Shown one piece after another: positions 58,047 through 64,000 of a DNA stretch of 64,000 nucleotides. Positions within the stretch are counted from its first letter, which is position 1; every line of letters starts with the position of its first letter. Location: positions 21,329 to 85,328 of the IMG/VR virus record IMGVR_UViG_3300047548_001372. One strand, given 5' to 3'. The notes below the pieces were generated by a model. It searched no databases and had not been told where the DNA came from. It saw nothing but the letters and a program-made list of their open reading frames with translations. The stretch is from a virus. The translations under genes were made by a program, and so were the position numbers.

Positions 58047-58072
58047 TACATAGGTAACACTAAGGAGTCTTT

Positions 58073-59032
58073 ATGCCAACAATTGGGCTTGGAACACATG
58101 TACTACATGGAAAGGAGTATTGGGTTGATCTTCCCTGGAACACTGGTAATGGTATTTTAATTGCTGGTCAATCAGGATCGGGGAAGAGTCAAACGGCAGC
58201 GTTTTATTTAAATCAATACGCCTATCATGGAGCAAAGATCATCATCTGCGACTATGACAGTCCAGATGGTGATCAAGAAACGCTATCAGAGCGAGTAAAG
58301 CATCTCTCTGGTAGCTTTGCGCTTCCTGCGGTAACTAGTCCAGAAGCTATTCAGGAGCGTATGGAGTGGTTGAGTGAGGAATATGCGCGGCGAAAGGAAG
58401 ACAACACACGCAGACATCCACTTATTATCGCAATAGATGAAGTATCAGCCTTTCTATCATATATCAATGATGAAGATCCGAGTGCTGTTGAATCATTCGC
58501 CCGCGATCTACTACTGATGCGTAAAGTTGGTATTCGTGCAATGATTATTGGACAGGAATGGTCATCAGGTTTCTCATCACACATCATGCGTCCGATACGA
58601 TCAGCATTTCGTGTCAAGATTTTGCACAGGCTTGATAGTGCTAATGCAAAGATGTTACTTGATTCTCCTACATCAAGTATGATTCGTGAGATTGGATCAT
58701 TAAAGACGGGGGAAGCTTATTATGGTGATATTCGTATGCGTGTACCGCTGTTGACTGAGGAAGATCGTAAACGAGCAGCAGAAGCTACTACTACTACAAA
58801 GGATAGTACTAATTGGCCTATGGATTTTGAAGAAAGTTTTATTCAAACACTTTTAATGAAAAATAAGTTAAACGTTGATGATTTAGAGTCTATTGTTGTA
58901 TACTGGCGCGCAAGGGGATATACGAAAGAGGAAGTACTAAAACTTGTGCGGGGGAATAGAACAACTATCGCTAATTTATACGATAAGAATTACGATAAGA
59001 ATTACGACAATGCCAAACTACAAAACCCATGA
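58073..59032 (+). CDS. FtsK/HerA-superfamily P-loop ATPase
   Basis: LIAGQSGSGKS, E...R, IAIDEVS, RKVGI...IGQ; possible C-terminal HTH; no TM helix. Confidence 0.85.
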   Translation: MPTIGLGTHVLHGKEYWVDLPWNTGNGILIAGQSGSGKSQTAAFYLNQYAYHGAKIIICDYDSPDGDQETLSERVKHLSGSFALPAVTSPEAIQERMEWLSEEYARRKEDNTRRHPLIIAIDEVSAFLSYINDEDPSAVESFARDLLLMRKVGIRAMIIGQEWSSGFSSHIMRPIRSAFRVKILHRLDSANAKMLLDSPTSSMIREIGSLKTGEAYYGDIRMRVPLLTEEDRKRAAEATTTTKDSTNWPMDFEESFIQTLLMKNKLNVDDLESIVVYWRARGYTKEEVLKLVRGNRTTIANLYDKNYDKNYDNAKLQNP

Positions 59033-59435
59033 CAGAATAGGATTAGTAGCAACAGCAGCTCTCTGTATTCCTCTGTGCGCGGTAGAGGTATCACAACAAC
59101 AACAATTCCCATACAACACACTACAAGTAAGTATAGGAATATTGTTTGGAACCTACTTCCTCAGTCCAGATCTTGATACACGGAGTAGGATTTATTATCG
59201 TTGGGGTATTTTACGGTTTCTCTGGTATCCCTATCAGCGGTGCGTGAAACATCGTTCCTGGATTTCTCACAGTGGGCCAATCTCTGGAACGATCAGGTTT
59301 TTCTACCTGTACTGCATCCTGGTAGGGATGTCTTTTTTTGTGCGCGGGGAAGGTGTACCAATACCCATACCCCTATACTTAGGAATATTACTATCAGATA
59401 TTTTACATACAATAACAGATAAGATGAGTAGATAG
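59010..59435 (+). CDS. DUF2227-type metal-binding membrane protein
   Basis: MPNYKTHD, LSPDLD, WYPY...HRSWISH, LHTITD. Confidence 0.8.
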   Translation: MPNYKTHDRIGLVATAALCIPLCAVEVSQQQQFPYNTLQVSIGILFGTYFLSPDLDTRSRIYYRWGILRFLWYPYQRCVKHRSWISHSGPISGTIRFFYLYCILVGMSFFVRGEGVPIPIPLYLGILLSDILHTITDKMSR

Positions 59436-59520
59436 GATTAGTATAGAATTAGTGTAGTTTGTACACTATTTATTGGTGTTTTTGATAGTTTCTGTGCAGG
59501 TTTTAGTAGTTTTTAGCACT

Positions 59521-59590
59521 TTTTACTACAGTTTTACCAGCGTTTTTACCACACTTCTACCACACTTTTTACCATATTTCTTACCATCAA
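59521..59590. repeat. Phased short repeats (TTTTACCA-like, 11-12-bp period)
   Basis: TAC cores at about 59524, 59535, 59547, 59558, 59570, 59582. Confidence 0.6.
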
Positions 59591-59976
59591 TATGCAGTTA
59601 TTCTGTGTATTGGTGGTATTTTTTTTTTATTTTAGTGCTTTTTTTATTGCTTTCTGGTTAGTTTTGATATGTATACATCACCCCCCTCCCCCGCACCTAC
59701 TACCACCGGTCGTTGTGTCGGCCCCCATGCCGGTGTAGCGCGTCTGAATGGTTGATAAATCGCAACTTGGTTAAGGAATCGCAACAATTCACCGGCTTTA
59801 CTTGACAATAACGCAAAGTGCGGTATGAGCCTGACAATGAAAGTTGCTAAAGCGATCATGAAACATTTAGAATGATCATAGAAACCGCTTGAAACATGCA
59901 TCAAACTGCGTCAACGATCATCGTAATCGCTTGAAACATGGATCAAACAGGGAAAACCTGATCATTTGACGTATTT

Positions 59977-60630
59977 TTGAACGTGATCTATACTACGCAC
60001 GCGTTGAATTGCAACGCAGAGAATTACATGTGGAGGGCGATAATGGATCGGCTTATGGGATGGACACCTAATGACAGGCTGTCTTATGACGGGGATATAG
60101 ATCTCCGCCGCGCACGCAGTAGGATTCGGGAGTATGTTGACGCTTTTCATAAGGCGCCTGTATACGAATTGCGCTATGTAGCCGTTACTCAACTTCGGGA
60201 GTTGACAGATGCGATTCAGACTCTTAACTGGACTAGCTTACGCGGTCATGAACCATGTGTTGAAGGAATGACCGCGCTTATGCGCCAGCTATGGGCACTA
60301 AGCTCAATAGGCGATTGGGAAAATAACGATATCGTTGACCTTGGTATGATGAGTGCGGTAGCGTTACACTTCGGACAGACCGCGGGCTGCGATAGCGCAT
60401 GGGATGCGGCGGCTATGCCTGTTTGGCGTCTAGGTGAAAGGCTGGCATCAGATTGGATACCGATCATTAATGGGCGTACGGCAGGCTGCGGGCTTAATCT
60501 ACGTCAAGGTAAGATCGCGGCGGCGATCGGTAGTGATGTACTGCTAGTCCGATCGGCAAGGGATAGGATGCACTACTACGGCAAGGATAAATTTGAATCG
60601 CTTAGGGTTTCTTTTCTGGAGGTAATCTAA
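59977..60630 (+). CDS. Hypothetical protein in the GC-richer segment (start uncertain)
   Basis: 217-aa ORF, TAATG coupling to the next gene. Confidence 0.65.
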   Translation: MNVIYTTHALNCNAENYMWRAIMDRLMGWTPNDRLSYDGDIDLRRARSRIREYVDAFHKAPVYELRYVAVTQLRELTDAIQTLNWTSLRGHEPCVEGMTALMRQLWALSSIGDWENNDIVDLGMMSAVALHFGQTAGCDSAWDAAAMPVWRLGERLASDWIPIINGRTAGCGLNLRQGKIAAAIGSDVLLVRSARDRMHYYGKDKFESLRVSFLEVI

Positions 60631-60917
60631 TGTCATACGTTACTTCGATTACACTTAAGCGCGAGTCATTGACCGCGCTCCTGAACGCACAATCGAATTG
60701 GGAAGCGCATGCGGTAGTCCGATATGCGCTTGAATGTGACACCATTTCGACTAACGCGCTTGCAATCCGCGGTTTGAGGGTACCACTTGCGCCAGGGTTG
60801 CGCGATCGGATTAAAGCCAAGATGGCGATCGAAGGGACACCCGCAAAAATCCGCATACGGATCTATCGGGATATGCGACGCTACCGGCGCACGCGCTATT
60901 GTGTCGATTTTCGTTAG
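60630..60917 (+). CDS. Hypothetical basic protein
   Basis: 95 aa, GGAGG RBS, followed by a terminator. Confidence 0.7.
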   Translation: MSYVTSITLKRESLTALLNAQSNWEAHAVVRYALECDTISTNALAIRGLRVPLAPGLRDRIKAKMAIEGTPAKIRIRIYRDMRRYRRTRYCVDFR

Positions 60918-60943
60918 CGTGCAATAGTCCGAGTCGGTATACT

Positions 60944-60977
60944 CCCCTTAGGCAATGCGCCTAAGGGGTTTTTTTTT
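60944..60977 (+). terminator. Intrinsic terminator
   Basis: CCCCTTAGGC-AATGC-GCCTAAGGGG followed by 9 T. Confidence 0.9.
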
Positions 60978-60996
60978 GTTTCGGTGCATAGCTGGT

Positions 60997-61184
60997 AGGC
61001 TTGCTCTCAGGCTTGCTCTCAGGCCTGAGAGCAGCGGTCAACCGTCGACGCACTCCACCAAGCTTGGTGGAGTGTTGCTGCTCTCAGGCTTGCTCTCAGG
61101 CTTGCTCTCAGGCCTGAGCGTATCGAGCGCTTCGGCCTGCACACTCGCCTCCCAGCTCAGGCTTGCTCTCAGGCTTGCTCTCAG
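60997..61184. repeat. Three clusters of 12-bp tandem repeats (CTCAGGCTTGCT) around palindromes
   Basis: Identical 33-mers at 60997 and 61086, third cluster at 61156; perfect palindromes at 61015-61032 and 61051-61074. Confidence 0.9.
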
Positions 61185-61559
61185 ATCTATCAAATATCCT
61201 ACGCGAATCATACGCTAATCTATGATTCACATGGTATGCTACGCATGTTTCAAGCGGTTTTCAAGCGATTTTGACGCATTCTGAATCGATCGATTCGTGA
61301 TCAGAATCCGTCAAAAATCGATCAGAAACCGCTCAAAATTGCTTTAGGCCGTGAACTATTCGGCATGCGAATGGTTCGCGATGCGAAGCAAATAGAACAT
61401 GCGTTCTACGAGTGCCGGTAGTAGACCCGGTAATTTGCTATGCCCAAAATCCATTTGTGCATTTTAACCAATAATATATATTGAATTTATTTTCTTTTTA
61501 CCATAATCGGCCTGAACTTTCATGGGCATTTGTGCAAAATATCCAAATTGGAAATGTTT

Positions 61560-61590
61560 TGTGGATAAATTGTGGATAACATGTGGATAA
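61560..61590. promoter_or_regulatory. Three tandem consensus DnaA boxes
   Basis: TGTGGATAA (reverse complement TTATCCACA) at 61560, 61571 and 61582. Confidence 0.75.
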
Positions 61591-62409
61591 CTTGGCAATA
61601 ATTTGGTTTTTTGCCTACCAATTTTTACCAAAAATCCACTTTTAGCACAGGCATGCTAATCTGTCTAGACTGTCTAGTTGTGCATAGTATCCAATAGGTT
61701 TTCCTCTTTTTATACCAGTAAAATACCTATAACACAGTAATCTATACCAGAGTATATTGTACCATAGCGTATGGAATATACCAGTAATCGATAATTCCAT
61801 ACGCTGTATCATTCTGGTATAGATATATGGTATGGTATGGTATTTTTTATATTGTGTTGTATGGTATTTTTTGGTATTTTTACCTTTAGCCGCGCATTGT
61901 ACACAATGCACAATTGTGCATAATTCTAGCTATTCCTGAAAAATACTATATACAATATCGATTCACCTATAGACAATTCATTATATCTCTCTATCTATCA
62001 TGTGTTATGGAATTAGAGAATTGTTGAATTGTTATACGTTAGCCGCGCAAAGTATGAATTGTCTATAATTCTCTGTCAAAAATATCAGAAAAGTATATAT
62101 CTTTCCTGAATAAAACATAGTTTTAAATTTATTCCCGAAATTTTGAAAATAGAACCAAATTGCTATTTTTGAGCTGCTAGGTTTTATCGTACCATACTAT
62201 GTGCTATAGTATACATGCGCGGTAAGGGTATATACCATACCCCCGCTACAATACCTCTATAACGCGCTATACGCCATCCTAACGCACGATAAATCTTTTC
62301 TGGTATGATACCATACCCGGCCTATTTTGAGCGCCTTAAAATACCTATTTTGAGCCTCTATGATATACAGTATGGAATAACGATTACTAGATAGAGTAGT
62401 AATTAGAAT

Positions 62410-62448
62410 AAAAAAAAAATACCAGTATGCACAGTGTGCATACTGGTA
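62410..62448 (-). terminator. Intrinsic terminator
   Basis: TACCAGTATGCAC/GTGCATACTGGTA stem followed by a 10-T run on the minus strand. Confidence 0.88.
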
Positions 62449-62470
62449 ACGAACTAGCTAGACTAGCTAA

Positions 62471-62725
62471 CTAGCTATAAATAGAATTAGATTTTGTTTT
62501 CTTATGCTTATGGTAAAATTCTAACACAGCAAGAGTCAATGGTGTGCGAATTGCACGCTTAGGATCTTCAGTATCCCAATTTGGCATAAACCAATCATGG
62601 CCATCCCAAACCATGATGTTAAAATCCTTATAATTAATATTTACATGGTATACCGTACCATACGGACTAGTTACCAGAAATTGTTTTTCTTTTTCTGGCA
62701 ATTGGATAACCGTATACTTTACCAC
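62471..62725 (-). CDS. Hypothetical protein
   Basis: 84 aa, AAGGAG RBS, upstream TGGTATAAT extended -10. Confidence 0.7.
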   Translation of the reverse strand: MVKYTVIQLPEKEKQFLVTSPYGTVYHVNINYKDFNIMVWDGHDWFMPNWDTEDPKRAIRTPLTLAVLEFYHKHKKTKSNSIYS

Positions 62726-62829
62726 TGCGTTGACTCCTTGCTACTAGTGATTACTCTGTCATTATACCATAGCCGCGCAATTCATAGTACTAGAAAAGCG
62801 TTAGAATTGCGCGGCTATTGAAAAACCTA

Positions 62830-63882
62830 CTATGCCAGATCCATAATCGCACTATACGCGCTATTGCGCATAGCCAGCCCATCCCCCAACAAGTCATAGT
62901 TCGCACGTGCGTGCGAGTCCATTTTCCTACCGCGGCTGCCAAGCGTACCATGCTGATTCGATCCATACTCCGTCACAGCCTGATAGGCATGGTAGCCGCT
63001 ACCAAGGTGTGACTCTTGCACACCGAACGCAGTTACCCAATTTTGAGTCAACTGGTTCTTTACGCGAGTCACAGATTCGCATTTTTGCGTATAGATATAT
63101 TCGATTGATTCACGCTTTGCGCTATCAATCTTATCTTTCATACCAGACCGTAACAGATTCGGCATGGTGGGCATGGGACAGATAATATTGAGAATGTTAA
63201 CAAAATCGTTATCTGTTACCGCAACAGAAAAGAGATTGTCAATTGCGGCTAACATCTCTGCGTGCGCAGCATTCGCTTGCGCAATAAGCTCTAACGCCCA
63301 CTGTGCCACGCTACGATACCCACCATGATGCCTAATAGTTAGGCGGCTATTAGCGTTGCGCAAGGCAAGATCGTGCGTATTTTTGCAAACAATTTTGATA
63401 TTGCTTGCAATAGCAGAGGATGCCGTGCGCCCATCACGCGATTCAATGTAGCTGAAATAGCGGCTAAAATCATCCCCCCTAATCTGGTAATCGCCCATGT
63501 CAAGCGTACCAAACATCGTGGCACCGTTATGAATAATTCCCGCTGTGCTAAAGCGCCAGCCCGTTGCGCTTGCTAATGAGTCTAGTTCGTTAGCCAATTG
63601 CGTATTTTGCCAATATTCGTAATCCCTACCACAGTTACCCAAGTAAGCATACTCCCCGCTTGAGTCAACGGGATCCCTAAATAGCCCGTAGCTACCAGTA
63701 TCGATTACCATGCCGTTAGGCATGGTAGCCGTTAGCGGCATCTTATGGATGCCGAAATCCATACCCGGCACCGACTCTACTGCCTTTACGAACGACTCCA
63801 TAGTAGAGTCAACGTTACCTAACGAATGCCATGCCGACTCGGTACCAACAAACATGCGCCCTGCCAAAATATCATCCGGCAT
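62830..63882 (-). CDS. DUF932 (phage/plasmid-like) protein
   Basis: AWHSLG, YEYWQN, TAGIIHNG, SRDG, IVCKNT, IRH, AYQAVTEY. Confidence 0.85.
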   Translation of the reverse strand: MPDDILAGRMFVGTESAWHSLGNVDSTMESFVKAVESVPGMDFGIHKMPLTATMPNGMVIDTGSYGLFRDPVDSSGEYAYLGNCGRDYEYWQNTQLANELDSLASATGWRFSTAGIIHNGATMFGTLDMGDYQIRGDDFSRYFSYIESRDGRTASSAIASNIKIVCKNTHDLALRNANSRLTIRHHGGYRSVAQWALELIAQANAAHAEMLAAIDNLFSVAVTDNDFVNILNIICPMPTMPNLLRSGMKDKIDSAKRESIEYIYTQKCESVTRVKNQLTQNWVTAFGVQESHLGSGYHAYQAVTEYGSNQHGTLGSRGRKMDSHARANYDLLGDGLAMRNSAYSAIMDLA

Positions 63883-63921
63883 GATAACACTCCCTTGCTA
63901 TTGAATAACGATTACAGTAAC

Positions 63922-63950
63922 ACTATACCATACCGCGTACGTTGTGTCAA
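63922..63950 (-). promoter_or_regulatory. Sigma70/SigA promoter for DUF932
   Basis: TTGACA-17 nt-TATAGT with extended TG. Confidence 0.85.
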
Positions 63951-64000
63951 GGGGGTAAGTATAAGATTTTTGTTATATCTTTGGGGGGCGGCCCCCCCGC

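Noticed and set aside
59802-59829. Sigma70 promoter for the GC-richer segment
   Set aside because: TTGACA is present but the best -10 (TATGAG at 16 nt) is poor compared with the other promoters.
60997-61184. Possible mini CRISPR array (three repeats of about 30 bp with 40-56-bp gaps)
   Set aside because: The repeats are themselves 12-mer tandems of variable extent, the gaps are unequal and one is a palindrome, and no cas genes are in view.
2419-63904. Many short antisense or nested ORFs in the track (e.g. 2419, 4905, 25423, 33274, 37466, 41102, 54005, 60955, 61642)
   Set aside because: They shadow well-supported genes or repeats and show no RBS or recognisable motif.
1-64000. Stop-codon reassignment as the cause of the split genes
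   Set aside because: Coding density is high under the standard code, all three stops end genes, and the splits are explained by introns or frame changes.
1-64000. tRNA, rRNA or integrase genes
   Set aside because: None recognised by eye; a tRNAscan-SE or Infernal run is needed to exclude small RNAs, and lifestyle cannot be called from this window.

Overview
This is a 64-kb segment of a large, AT-rich (about 37% GC by eye) tailed phage with a siphovirus-type tail. The host is unknown; the amidase, the GH-A hydrolase and the FtsK/membrane genes weakly suggest a filamentous Chloroflexota host (inference only). The left half (1-32.2 kb) is on the minus strand. It holds replication genes (family-A DNA polymerase truncated at the window edge, PD-(D/E)xK resolvase, DnaB, primase, gp32-like SSB), a GT4 glycosyltransferase and the head-tail operon. 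The right half (32.8-59.4 kb) is on the plus strand. It holds nucleotide metabolism (MazG, class II RNR, GMP reductase), four DNA amino-methyltransferases, terminase, portal, lysis genes, a PP-loop/MTase/GT2/GNAT/DegT/GT2 operon and an FtsK-like ATPase near membrane proteins. The 59.7-64 kb end differs in composition and is rich in repeats (inverted repeats, a palindrome array, three DnaA boxes, DUF932). Four self-splicing elements can be read from the sequence: two related group I introns with LAGLIDADG genes (major capsid gene and RNR) and two inteins (RNR and TerL). The strongest unexplained signals are a roughly tenfold over-represented TGCGCG/CGCGCA motif, the amino-sugar modification operon, a tail-tube paralog with a nested domain insertion, and the structured terminal region. 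All counts and alignments were done by eye.
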